A stretch of 41,029 nucleotides of DNA from a bacterium (GTDB lineage Bacteria > Hinthialibacterota > Hinthialibacteria > Hinthialibacterales > Hinthialibacteraceae): the NCBI GenBank assembly GCA_041946805.1, contig JBHGBC010000040.1, positions 1 through 41,029 on the forward strand, read 5' to 3'. The notes beneath the pieces were generated by a model, which was not told the DNA's origin, did no database searches, and was given only the letters and a program-made list of their open reading frames with translations. Each line of letters opens with the position of its first letter. The first letter of the stretch is position 1. Position numbers and translations under genes: made by a program. Below, piece after piece: positions 7,551-17,557 of this stretch.

Positions 7551-8675
7551 ATGAAGATCCTGCATACGGCCGATTGGCAGATGGGCATGAAAGCCTCCCA
7601 CACGGGAGAGGCCAGCGAAAAAGTCCGCGCGGCACGGCTGGAGACGGCCGCCACATTGAGTGCAATCGCGCGGGAACATCGGGTGGATTTCGTCCTCGTG
7701 GCGGGCGATGTGTTCGAGGACAACGGCGTCGACCGGGTGCTCATCCAAAAAGTGGCGGACCGGATGAACCAGTTTCCCGCGCCGGTCTATGTGATTCCTG
7801 GAAACCACGATCCCCTGGTTCCCGGTTCCGTTTGGGAGCATCCGGCCTGGAAGTCCGCGTCCAATGTTCATGTCTTGCGCGACACCCAGGCCGTCGAAGT
7901 TCCCGGCGGCGTGTTGTATCCCTGCCCCTGCCGGGAGAAATCGTATTTTCAAGATCCCACCAAATGGATCAAGGATCGGGACCCGTCGCGGACCGCCGTG
8001 GGGATGGCGCACGGCACGGTGGAAGGCATTCAGACCGAGCCGGATTACCCGATTCCCCGGGACGCCGCCGCCCGCGCCGGATTGGATTACCTGGCCTTGG
8101 GGCACTGGCACTCCTTTGCGTCGTTTCCCTCGCCGGATGGGGCCCTGCGCATGGCGTATTCGGGCACGCCCGAAACCACCAAGTTCGGCGAACGCGACAG
8201 CGGCAATGCGCTGATCGTGGAGATCGCCGCGCCCGGCGCGGTTCCTGCACTCACGCCCGTACGCGCCGGCCGGCTGACCTGGGAGGTGCTGGAGAAAGAT
8301 CTGCGCCAGAAGGGCGAATTGGCCGAACTGCGTGCACGAATCGAGACGATGGAGCAGCCGGAAACCACCTTGCTGGAGATTCGCCTGGCCGGGTTGCTGC
8401 ATGGGGAAGAACGGGAGGAACTGACCCGCATCCGGGAGATCGTCTTGTCCCGGTTCCTGTATGGCAACCTGGATCAGTCCCGCCTGCGGCCCTCGCCCGA
8501 GGATACCGGGTGGATCGACATTCTCCCGGCGGGTTATCTGCAAGAAGCGGGAAGGCGGATCCAGGCTTGGAGCGATCCGGACGCCGGAGGTTCCCGGCCG
8601 GAGGGTGTCACCCCGGCCATCGCCGCGCGGGCCTTGTTGGAACTGTACGCGCTGGCCCAGGAGGCGGGGAGATGA
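7551..8675 (+). CDS. SbcD/Mre11-like DNA repair exonuclease (calcineurin-like metallophosphoesterase)
   Basis: LHTADWQ, AGDVFE, PGNHD, AHG and LALGHWH motifs; ATGA overlap with the downstream ATPase. Confidence 0.9.
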   Translation: MKILHTADWQMGMKASHTGEASEKVRAARLETAATLSAIAREHRVDFVLVAGDVFEDNGVDRVLIQKVADRMNQFPAPVYVIPGNHDPLVPGSVWEHPAWKSASNVHVLRDTQAVEVPGGVLYPCPCREKSYFQDPTKWIKDRDPSRTAVGMAHGTVEGIQTEPDYPIPRDAAARAGLDYLALGHWHSFASFPSPDGALRMAYSGTPETTKFGERDSGNALIVEIAAPGAVPALTPVRAGRLTWEVLEKDLRQKGELAELRARIETMEQPETTLLEIRLAGLLHGEEREELTRIREIVLSRFLYGNLDQSRLRPSPEDTGWIDILPAGYLQEAGRRIQAWSDPDAGGSRPEGVTPAIAARALLELYALAQEAGR

Positions 8676-11383
8676 TACTCAACAAAATCCGAGTCGAAAA
8701 TTGGAAATGTTTCATCGATCCGGTGGAGGCGGGGCCGTTTTCCGAAACCCTGAATATCATTCACGCCCCCAACGCCATGGGCAAATCGACGCTGTTCGAG
8801 GCCTTCCGCCGCGCCCTGCTCGACGGCCATAAAGTCAGGGGACAGGAGATGGAAACCATACGGCCGCTGGGCCGCTCGCTCGCGCCCGTGGTGACGGTGG
8901 AATTCAGCCACGAGGGAATCGGCTACCGGATCACGAAACAATATCTGGACAACGCGAAATCCATACTGGAACGGAAGGAACAAGGCGAGTTCGTCCGCTG
9001 GAGGGAAGGCGCGGACGCCGATCAGTGGTGCCAGGCGATCCTCACCCAAAATCCCCCGGGACGGGGTTTATCCCAGCAAAAAAACTGGGGCCTGGCCCAG
9101 GTCTTATGGGCGCCTCAAGGAGCCATGTTGTTACCAGCTTTCTCGGGCGACGTAATCGGCGGGATTCAGGCTGCCTTGGGCGCGCAGATTACCGGACCGG
9201 ACGCCGGCCCGCTCGAAAAGCGGATTAAGGAACTGTACTCGGAGATCTACACGGAAGGCGGCCGGATCCGTACGGGCGCCAACGCGCCACGGATCACTTC
9301 GCTGCGGGAAGAAATAGAACGCGTCAAGGGTGAACTCAACGATGCGGTTCAGCGCAAGCAAGCGTACGAACAGAGTTCACAAAATGTGGAATACTTGCGC
9401 GGGCAGAGGGAGTATGCCAAGAGCCATCTGGAATCGCTGCGCGTCCAGCGGATCGAGATCCAGGCGCAAGTGGATCGATACAAAGCCTTGACGGCGGAGA
9501 AAAAGCAGCACGAAGAGCAGGTGAGGACGGCCGAGGCCCAATACCAACTGATCACGCAGCGGATGCAACACATCCAGGACGTGCAACAAGAATTGAAAAA
9601 ATGCCAGGAAGACCTCGCCGGCTTGCGCGGGAATCTGCCTTTGCTTCAAAACGAACTGCAACTCCGCGAACGGGAATGGATCGAAGCCCGCAACGCCGTG
9701 GAAGACATCCGGAAAAACCGGCCCATGATCGATGAAGCCCAAGCGCTGGCAAAGCAGGCTCAGCGGTTTGCGGAAACCCGCCGCCAGCGGGAGGAGTTGC
9801 ATCAACTTCATCAAAAAGTGCTGCAAGCCCAGCAGGCCTTGGACGAGCGGCAGGAAGCGCGCAACCGGTTTCTGGCCCCCGATACGAGGACGCTTCGCGC
9901 CGTCCGTAGAGCAGTGAATGAGCGGAACGAAGCTCAACTGCGTATCGAATCGGCCCTCATCAGCCTGGAAATCGTGCCCGAGCAAGACGGCGCATTGGAG
10001 GCCATCACCGCCGAGAATCCCGGTATGGTGCCGCTGAAGCAAGGAATCCCGGGGATCATCAAAGGATCGCCCGAAGTGGTGGTGAATTGGCCGGGTGTGG
10101 CCCGGATCCGCGCCACGGGGCCGGTGGAAGACATCACACCCTATCGCGAGGAGTATGCTAAAGCGGTTCAAAAAATCGAAGAACTCACCGCTCCGTTCCA
10201 GACGCGGGATATCGATCAACTCGAAGCCCTGGCCGACCGGGCCAAGGAGATGGACCAACAAATCCGGGACGCGGCCACCCAGTTGGATACCTTATTGGCC
10301 GGACGGGCGATGGAGGAGCTCGAACAGCAACGCGCCGAACAGGATGGACTGTTTCAATCCCTGTTGCGGGAGCATCCGGAATGGGAAAGCCGGCCGCCCG
10401 ACACTTCAAGCCTGTGGGAACGGGCGGAAAGAATGAATACGGAATTCGTCGAGCAGGTGGAAACCGCCGAACGCCGCCGGGATACGCTGCAAACCGCGTT
10501 CAATGCGGCGAACGAACAAAAAATCAAACTCGACACGCGCATGGAGGAAATTCAAAACCGCCTGCGAACCTTGGAAACCAACCTTCGCGATCTGACGCAA
10601 GACGGCAAAACCGAAGCGCAACGGATCGAGGAACGCAACCAGATTCTGCTCAATCTGGATCTCGCCCGGGTGAAACTGGGGGACATCGAAAACCAACTAC
10701 GGATCTTCGGGGAAGATCCCACAGCCGTGGCCGAACGGTTGGAATATCAATATCAAGAAGCCCGGCAAGCCGCCGAAACCGCATTGGTGAAGGAAAAAGA
10801 AGAAGAAGCCCGGTTGGAAAATCTTTGCGCCCAGGCCCCTTACTCTCAATGGGCCGCGGCCGAGGAGAAACAACAAAGACTGGTCACGGAAATCCAGGTG
10901 GAGGAAGAGCGCATCGCGTCGATCAAACTGTTATACGACACCCTGGTGCAATGCCGCGCGGAAGCCATCAACGCGGTAACGGGGCCGGTCGAGGCCATCG
11001 CCAGCCGCATCCTGTACCGCGTCGCGGGCAGCCGGCTGGGGCGGATTCGGCTGGATGAGAATTTCACCACCGCCGCGGTGCTGCCCGACACCTACGATAA
11101 CGGGGTGCCGATGGATCTGCTCTCCGGCGGAGAGCAGGAACAATGCTACCTGGCCACCCGCCTGGCTCTGGCCGAGGTGCTTTCGCGGCATGAAAAACAA
11201 CTGGTCGTACTGGACGATACCATGGTGTTCACCGATCCTGGCCGCTTTTCCCGCGTTTTGAACATAATGGAAGAATATGCGGAGAAGATGCAACTGTTGA
11301 TCCTCACCTGCCATCCCGAACGGTATTACGGTTTGGAATCGGCCGCGCGCTTCGACCTGGAGGCGTTGAGGCGGAGGGCGTGA
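8672..11383 (+). CDS. SbcC/Rad50-like SMC-family ATPase with long coiled coil
   Basis: True start ATG 8672 (MILNKIRVENWKCF); Walker A APNAMGKST, signature LSGGEQEQ, Walker B LVVLDD, H-loop LTCH. Confidence 0.88.
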   Translation: MILNKIRVENWKCFIDPVEAGPFSETLNIIHAPNAMGKSTLFEAFRRALLDGHKVRGQEMETIRPLGRSLAPVVTVEFSHEGIGYRITKQYLDNAKSILERKEQGEFVRWREGADADQWCQAILTQNPPGRGLSQQKNWGLAQVLWAPQGAMLLPAFSGDVIGGIQAALGAQITGPDAGPLEKRIKELYSEIYTEGGRIRTGANAPRITSLREEIERVKGELNDAVQRKQAYEQSSQNVEYLRGQREYAKSHLESLRVQRIEIQAQVDRYKALTAEKKQHEEQVRTAEAQYQLITQRMQHIQDVQQELKKCQEDLAGLRGNLPLLQNELQLREREWIEARNAVEDIRKNRPMIDEAQALAKQAQRFAETRRQREELHQLHQKVLQAQQALDERQEARNRFLAPDTRTLRAVRRAVNERNEAQLRIESALISLEIVPEQDGALEAITAENPGMVPLKQGIPGIIKGSPEVVVNWPGVARIRATGPVEDITPYREEYAKAVQKIEELTAPFQTRDIDQLEALADRAKEMDQQIRDAATQLDTLLAGRAMEELEQQRAEQDGLFQSLLREHPEWESRPPDTSSLWERAERMNTEFVEQVETAERRRDTLQTAFNAANEQKIKLDTRMEEIQNRLRTLETNLRDLTQDGKTEAQRIEERNQILLNLDLARVKLGDIENQLRIFGEDPTAVAERLEYQYQEARQAAETALVKEKEEEARLENLCAQAPYSQWAAAEEKQQRLVTEIQVEEERIASIKLLYDTLVQCRAEAINAVTGPVEAIASRILYRVAGSRLGRIRLDENFTTAAVLPDTYDNGVPMDLLSGGEQEQCYLATRLALAEVLSRHEKQLVVLDDTMVFTDPGRFSRVLNIMEEYAEKMQLLILTCHPERYYGLESAARFDLEALRRRA

Positions 11384-11405
11384 AATTCCGCGGGCCAATA
11401 AAAAA

Positions 11406-11652
11406 AGGTTCATCCGGCAAGTGTGTACGTTTCTTATAAAAAAGCGGCGCGTTCTCAATCCGGCTGGTTCGGGAGATCCATCCCCAATTCCCTCTCCCTC
11501 TGGGTGAGGGTGAGGGAAAGCTATTCATCGAAGTCTTTCCCTGAGGTTTTTATCTTAAGGAAGAGGGAAAAGATATGGTTCTTTTCATCGGCCTGGAGTG
11601 ATGGATCGAGAGGTTTTTTAGCCCAGTACGTATGCATTAGCCGGATGAACCT
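11406..11652. mobile_element. MITE-like non-coding element with 13-bp terminal inverted repeats
   Basis: AGGTTCATCCGGC (11406-11418) and GCCGGATGAACCT (11640-11652); internal CCCTCTCCC repeat; left arm duplicated at 1-87. Confidence 0.55.
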
Positions 11653-11686
11653 AAAAAAAGGGGGCTTCCGATACAAGCCCCCTTTT
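11653..11686 (-). terminator. Intrinsic terminator (possibly bidirectional)
   Basis: A7-GGGGGCTT-loop CCGATAC-AAGCCCCC-T4, ~20 bp downstream of the minus-strand gene ending at 11708. Confidence 0.8.
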
Positions 11687-11707
11687 GATCTCAACGGATA
11701 AAAACGG

Positions 11708-13903
11708 TTAGAACAAGGTCCAATCCTGAACCGGAGTTCCACTATCCAGCAGTTGCAGCAACGTCCAGCCGGATTCGTTGTTGTACGCTTCGTACGGAAC
11801 GCCGTTGGGGTCGCTGGTGTGCCATCCCCATTTGCCCGTGCGCACACCCGGATTTTGAGAATCGCTGCTGTTCATCATCACCTCGAAGCCAATCAACGTG
11901 CGGGAAGCCGGATCGAGGATCTGCTCCTTGACCACGCGGTATTCGACTATGAATCCCGACTGATCATCCTTGACCTTCGCGCCACAGGCCCAGTAAATGG
12001 GCTCCGTTTCGCCGTCCCGGCCGTTTTCCATGTATTTCCCGCCGCCGGGAGCGTCCAGCATTTCCGGAAAATACTTGTTGTTCGAAGCGGCCAGGCGGCC
12101 GTCGCCCACCACCGTCAGCTGGCAGCCGAACCGGTTGCCTTCGATGGTATTGGAGCGTGACAGGTTGCCGTCGAAATAAATCTCGGGGCTGTCGGCGTTC
12201 CAGAAGCTGGGGTCCGGATACTCGAAACTGAGATCGGGATCGGTCACGTCCACGGCAACATGGATGTATTGCGCGTCATGGAACACGTGGAAGGTGAGGT
12301 TTTCTTGGTCCGCGGGATACGTGGTTCCCGAAAGGTGCACGCCCGGGGCGGTGTTGCCGGCGGCGGTGTCGTGATCGAAATGATACGATTTCGCGCCGTC
12401 GTATTCACCCGCGCTCAGGATGCCGTCCAGCGTCACTGTGTTGGTGAGGTAGGGCGCTTCCACCAGGGTGTCCTTGACGTATTGGCTGAAATAGGGAAGG
12501 GAGTCCTTGCCGTACACTGTTTCGCCGTTCACTGAACCAGACCAGACCGGCGGTTTCTGCACGGCTGGCGCGCTGTTGGCCGTGTAGGTAAGGGTCGCCG
12601 GCGCGGCGGGATCCACCTCGACCGTCCAGGTGACCACGCCATCCGCGAAGGACCCATTATTACTGATGTTCGTGGCCGTCCAGCCTTCCGGCAGGTTTTC
12701 GGTCACGGTGACGGAAGCCTTTTCGCCTTTCATGGTCAGGTCCAGTTTCACGTTCACCGCGGCGGAATCACCCTGGAAGATGGAGACCGCGTTTTCAAAA
12801 GAACGGACCGCCAGGCAGAACGAAGAAATCAAGCCTACCCGCACGTTGTCCACCAGGATGTGCTGCCCGTCCGGGGTGTTGGCTTCCGAGCCGTTGTCGT
12901 GGTGGATGCCCAGGGCGAAATCACCGCCCTGGACAATGGAATTCATGTGCGGTCCCAAATCGAGGTTGAAGCTGATCGTGCGCCAGCTGGCCTTGTTGCC
13001 GCTGATGCCCCGGAATTCCACCGGCAGGGTGGTCCCGCCGGAGGTGGAGGTCAGGTAAGGACGGACCACGCACCAGGTGGAGAAATCCTCGGTGACGCAG
13101 ACATCCATGTAGACGGCGCGCACGCGGGTCCAGTCGATGTCCTTGGTAGTGTTGATCGTCTGGACCGCGCGCACGTAATTCGCGGTGACCGGGATCAACA
13201 TGCAATTGGTTCCCTCGGACGGAACCACGTAATCCGCGCCCAGGACCGGGGGCAGCTGGGCTTGATCCTTCATCCAGCCCAGGGGCGTGGTATCACCCGG
13301 ATTCGTGGTGTTAAATCCATACAGCGGCACAATTTCCAACTTCACCGGATTCAACGGCCGGACCGCGTAGATGTTGTCCATCAGAAATGTGCCTTGGCCG
13401 ATCAATCCCGCGCTGATGACCATGCGGAACTGGGTGAATTCGTCCAAGAGTTCATCCGAGGTGTAGGGATCGATGGGCAACACGATTTCATACCACTGGC
13501 CGGGCGTGATGTAATCGAACGCGTAGCAATCATCCGGCGGCAGGTGCGACCGGACGGGGATCGTGCCGTTGCCGTCCGTGCCGCTGCCCGGCTTGAAATA
13601 CAGCGAAAAGCGGATTTCGGTGGCGCCAGTCAAATCCATGGGTTCGGGCAGGGTGAACGAGGCCTGCGACCAGGATGTGCTGCTGGTGCTGTCGTAATCC
13701 ACGAGCAGGGACCAGGTCCCCTCGAGTGGAGTGACATTCTCGGCCGCCGTTTCCACGGTCATGGAACTCGTGACGGATCCGCCGGTCATGGCGGCGTCGT
13801 TGACCTCGAATCCCTCGATCATGATCGTTTCCGTTTCCTGGGCGAGGCCCGGAGCCGCCAGACAGGCGGCCAACAACAAAGCCAAACCAAATCGCTGGTT
13901 CAT
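11708..13903 (-). CDS. Secreted multi-domain carbohydrate-binding-like protein (two CBM-like jelly rolls, DUF11-like Ig domain, CBM9/DOMON-like domain)
   Basis: Signal peptide ending GLA; two internal repeats (PxEGTxxxLV...W.....L...L.DN+); VTVTENLPEGW; TLDG..GEY, HDAQYIHVAVDVTD and WNADSPEIYFDG motifs; ends PVQDWTLF. Confidence 0.7.
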   Translation of the reverse strand: MNQRFGLALLLAACLAAPGLAQETETIMIEGFEVNDAAMTGGSVTSSMTVETAAENVTPLEGTWSLLVDYDSTSSTSWSQASFTLPEPMDLTGATEIRFSLYFKPGSGTDGNGTIPVRSHLPPDDCYAFDYITPGQWYEIVLPIDPYTSDELLDEFTQFRMVISAGLIGQGTFLMDNIYAVRPLNPVKLEIVPLYGFNTTNPGDTTPLGWMKDQAQLPPVLGADYVVPSEGTNCMLIPVTANYVRAVQTINTTKDIDWTRVRAVYMDVCVTEDFSTWCVVRPYLTSTSGGTTLPVEFRGISGNKASWRTISFNLDLGPHMNSIVQGGDFALGIHHDNGSEANTPDGQHILVDNVRVGLISSFCLAVRSFENAVSIFQGDSAAVNVKLDLTMKGEKASVTVTENLPEGWTATNISNNGSFADGVVTWTVEVDPAAPATLTYTANSAPAVQKPPVWSGSVNGETVYGKDSLPYFSQYVKDTLVEAPYLTNTVTLDGILSAGEYDGAKSYHFDHDTAAGNTAPGVHLSGTTYPADQENLTFHVFHDAQYIHVAVDVTDPDLSFEYPDPSFWNADSPEIYFDGNLSRSNTIEGNRFGCQLTVVGDGRLAASNNKYFPEMLDAPGGGKYMENGRDGETEPIYWACGAKVKDDQSGFIVEYRVVKEQILDPASRTLIGFEVMMNSSDSQNPGVRTGKWGWHTSDPNGVPYEAYNNESGWTLLQLLDSGTPVQDWTLF

Positions 13904-14544
13904 GATGGTACCCCCTTCATGGATGTGTGCGGGCTGAATGCCCTGGTTGTATCAATAACACAAGTCCACTCTCCCATAAAGGGACAGAAGCAGCATATGA
14001 TTATTTTTACACCGTAACGCCATGAAATACATTGTATATTTATGCTATTTATCGATTATTTTGCGACAATAATGGATTATTTGTTCGATTGATCGAAATA
14101 GAAGTATCCACTTGCCCGGATGACGCCGGGCAGGAAAGTGGGTAGGGGTTCACACGAAATCATGTCCGGCATGATCATTTGTTTCCTGGTTTTGATGAAT
14201 GACACGCCTGAATAATGCTCATTTCTGTCTTACCGATCGAAAGACAACTCCCTTGTGGCGCCAAGGTCATTTTAGCGAGACCTTTTCCTTTATATAAAAC
14301 CAATCCCGATTTCCTCTCTCACGGGAATAGGGCCGAATTGAGGAAATATTTGGAGGGAAGGACCTTTGTGTCCGCCCTGATCATCTTTCACATCACAAAT
14401 AGCAACCAACCCGAGTTGTATCTCTGTGCGATGTCATTTCCTCACCCCCCGTCGACTTCACGTGGATCCAATGTTATTTTCCCCGCGGGATGATCCCTCC
14501 CGAAAAAGGGATGAATCATGGCAGAATTGGAGGAACGCGATTCC

Positions 14545-15642
14545 ATGAAACGTTCATGTTGGATGGCCATATGGTTGCCGATCATTCTTTCTCCCCTGGG
14601 ATTGCCGGCCGAGGAGGCGGTCCGCTGGATCGCGTTTCCCGATCCCGCCCTCGAAGTCAACGGCGCGCCGTGGTTTCAGGAGAATTCGCCCGATCTCTAC
14701 CGCCTGCCCAAACGGCTGGAAGCAATCGTGCGCAAGCCCGTGTGGTCGCTCGCGCGGGATACCAGTGGCGTGCGGATCCGATTCAAGAGCGATTGTACCA
14801 CGCTCGGGATTCGCTACACCAACAACGATTTGTCGGGCATGAGGAACATGCACGTCTTCGGGCAGAGCGGCGTGGATCTGTATGCCGACGGTGTCTATGC
14901 CGGCACGGCCATCCACGGCGCCAGCCCCGAAGTGGAGCATTTCTTCTTCCGGAACGCGCCCGCCCAAAAGCGGGAATTCGTGCTGTATCTGCCACTCTAC
15001 AACGGCGTGACGGTGCAGGCGGTCGGCGTCAATCCGGAAAGCGTGCTGGAAAAACCCGCGCCGTTCGCCCGGCCGAAACCCGTGGTTTATTACGGCACGT
15101 CCATCACCCAAGGCGGATGCGCCAGCCGCCCGGGCATGAGTTTCCAGGCCATCCTGGGCCGCCAGCTCAACCTCGACTTCGTGAATCTGGGATTTTCCGG
15201 GAACGGCCTGGGAGAGAAGGAATTGGCGGAAGCGATGGCGGAGATTGACGCTTCCTGCTTCGTTTTGGATTTCATGGCCAATCACAAAGACAAGGAAAGC
15301 CTGGAGGCCGTGTACGAACCGTTCGCGCGGATCCTCCGGGAGAAGCACCCCACGGTTCCCCTGGTGCTCGTGACCCGCATTTTCGACACTCGCGAGTTGC
15401 CTTTGATCGGCGGCCGGGAACGCATCGAAACACAGCGTGAAGTCATCCGGCAAACGGCGGCGAAGCTCATCTCCGAAGGCGGCCGGAACATCACGTTGGT
15501 GGAAGGTTATGACCTGCTCGGCCCCGGCCAGGGCGATGGGCTGGTGGATGGCACGCACCCCAACGACCTGGGATTTCAAGCCATGGCGGACCGCCTGGCC
15601 CCGGTCCTGGCGCGCATCCTGGATTTGCCCCCTCCCAAGTGA
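14545..15642 (+). CDS. SGNH/GDSL hydrolase with N-terminal GxDLY domain, secreted
   Basis: GVDLY, YYGTSITQG, NLGFSGNG, DGTHPND; start at ATG 14545 after GGAGG. Confidence 0.88.
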   Translation: MKRSCWMAIWLPIILSPLGLPAEEAVRWIAFPDPALEVNGAPWFQENSPDLYRLPKRLEAIVRKPVWSLARDTSGVRIRFKSDCTTLGIRYTNNDLSGMRNMHVFGQSGVDLYADGVYAGTAIHGASPEVEHFFFRNAPAQKREFVLYLPLYNGVTVQAVGVNPESVLEKPAPFARPKPVVYYGTSITQGGCASRPGMSFQAILGRQLNLDFVNLGFSGNGLGEKELAEAMAEIDASCFVLDFMANHKDKESLEAVYEPFARILREKHPTVPLVLVTRIFDTRELPLIGGRERIETQREVIRQTAAKLISEGGRNITLVEGYDLLGPGQGDGLVDGTHPNDLGFQAMADRLAPVLARILDLPPPK

Positions 15643-15812
15643 GCGGAACAGGAAGATTAGGATCACTATTTACTGATCGGCAGTCATTTTAAGCGCCAAC
15701 GGCAAGCCGGAAGCGAGTCCCAAACTATTTCCTGGGGAAGAAAACAATAGAAATACCACGATGGAAAGGATGGTTATATCCATTATCCTTGCCCTCGAGT
15801 AAATGGTTGCAC

Positions 15813-16898
15813 TTACTTTATATCTTGATCGGGAGAATTGAGAATTGCGCTTTCTTCAAAGACGGCGTGTTGGATGACCGTGCGTTCGTCGGTGGTGAAA
15901 ACCACGTGGATTTTTCCGTCCCGCGTTTGCAAGGCGTAGGGATACGCGAAACTGTTCTCTCCTTCCTGGATGTTCCGGCGATAGGGCCAGGTCTTGTCGT
16001 TATCCATCGAGACCGCCACGGTGAGGGGGGAACGTTCGTACATGTGGTCGTTGAACACCAGCAGCAAGTGACCGTTCTTCAGTTTGAGGAAATCCACCGC
16101 CGAATTGGGATTCTTGAATGGAGTGGTCTGGGCGTCGCTCCAGGTCCAACCGCCGTCGTGGGATTCGGCCCGCAGCAGGTAACCCTGGTCCGTGGGTTCG
16201 TAATCGCCGCCCCGCCGGATGTAGCAGACCAGGTAATCATCCGTGATCTGGACCACCTGCGGCTGCAGGTTGCCCATGGGGGAATGGATGAGGTTGGTAC
16301 GCGTCCATTTTTTTGTCTGGGGATTGTAGCGCATAAAGAACGAGGACGTGCCGGGATCGGTCCGCTCGGTATCGGCGCCCTTTTCGAGATACATGGGCAG
16401 CAAGTAATCGCCATTGTTGAGCACGATGGGACGGCCGCGCACCATGGTGCCTTCCTCGAAGGTAAGCAGGAACGAATCCGACCAGGTTTTCGCGCCGTCC
16501 GTGGAAATCTTGCCCTTGACACGCGAAGTCGACCACGTGTCGCCGTAGCGGTTCACGTAAAACAGCCACACGCGCCCGTCGGGAGCTTGCCAGACCACGG
16601 GATTGCCTTCGGAGACGTCGGGCGTATCCGCGATCACCGCTGGGAAGCTCCACGCGGATTCGCCGGCCTTCAGCCGCGAGCCGAATACGGCGGTGTCCGT
16701 GGCGTATTCACCGGATCCGCCATAGTAGGCGAGGTACAGATCGCCGTTGCCGAGTTCGGTGATGGAGGCGGGATGCTTGTAGGGGCCGGGATGTTCCGGT
16801 CCGAACACGCGGGTGACCTGGATTTCCTCGGAGGCGGCCGCCAGGGAAGCAAGGCCGATTATACTGACTATCAAACTTGCAGGATTCATGATTGGCAT
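15813..16898 (-). CDS. BNR/Asp-box repeat sialidase-fold protein, secreted
   Basis: Asp boxes STDGAKTW, SHDGGWTW, SMDNDKTW; FAYP near the C-terminus; signal peptide. Confidence 0.85.
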   Translation of the reverse strand: MPIMNPASLIVSIIGLASLAAASEEIQVTRVFGPEHPGPYKHPASITELGNGDLYLAYYGGSGEYATDTAVFGSRLKAGESAWSFPAVIADTPDVSEGNPVVWQAPDGRVWLFYVNRYGDTWSTSRVKGKISTDGAKTWSDSFLLTFEEGTMVRGRPIVLNNGDYLLPMYLEKGADTERTDPGTSSFFMRYNPQTKKWTRTNLIHSPMGNLQPQVVQITDDYLVCYIRRGGDYEPTDQGYLLRAESHDGGWTWSDAQTTPFKNPNSAVDFLKLKNGHLLLVFNDHMYERSPLTVAVSMDNDKTWPYRRNIQEGENSFAYPYALQTRDGKIHVVFTTDERTVIQHAVFEESAILNSPDQDIK

Positions 16899-17557
16899 TT
16901 GCGTACCGGAAGCAGGGTTTAAAATGAGGAAGGAGCCGTTATGTATCCAGACACACCGGCTCCTTCCTTACCCACTTGACTGCGTTTTCCTCACGCATTC
17001 CTGCCTTTCTAGCCTTCGTGAACACCGATTGCTCAATCCCCGTGGGGACTTTACGCCGCGGCTTATGGCATCAACGCCACTTCATCCGCGCATGGACTCT
17101 TCCGGCGTCCGAGCCGTGGACATCGAGGGCATTGCCTCAATTCACGTCCATATAGAAAAGATAGCAAAAAAATAGTCATTTGGCAATAGGTTTTTTTGTT
17201 TTTTTTGGTTCATCCAGGAAATGCGCACAGTATAATGAACCAGCGATTTGATTTCCCCCCGTTCCCTGGGGGGACACAAAGGTTCGCCCCCGCACTATTT
17301 TCTGATCCTCCCCCCGTGGGGGAGAAGGGATTGGGTGTGGATCTCTCCAATCCGTTGTATGGGATGCAGGCCGCGCATATCGGGACAAATAACTGCACTT
17401 CATTCCAGTTGGCCGGAAAGATACTCACGGCATCATCTCTTCCCTGGGCAAAGGGACTAAGGACCAACAAAGAACCTCGCCCGATTCCTTCTTCCCCGGG
17501 GAGAGGATCCATTTGAGGGAATAGGATAGGGGCCGAATGGCGCCAGGAATCCAGCGT

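Noticed and set aside
7574..8671. N-terminal ~366 aa of the 1269-aa ORF, suggesting a giant or fused ATPase
   Set aside because: Out-of-frame overlap with the clear SbcD-like gene, low-complexity Arg/Gly translation; the real start is ATG 8672 with an ATGA overlap
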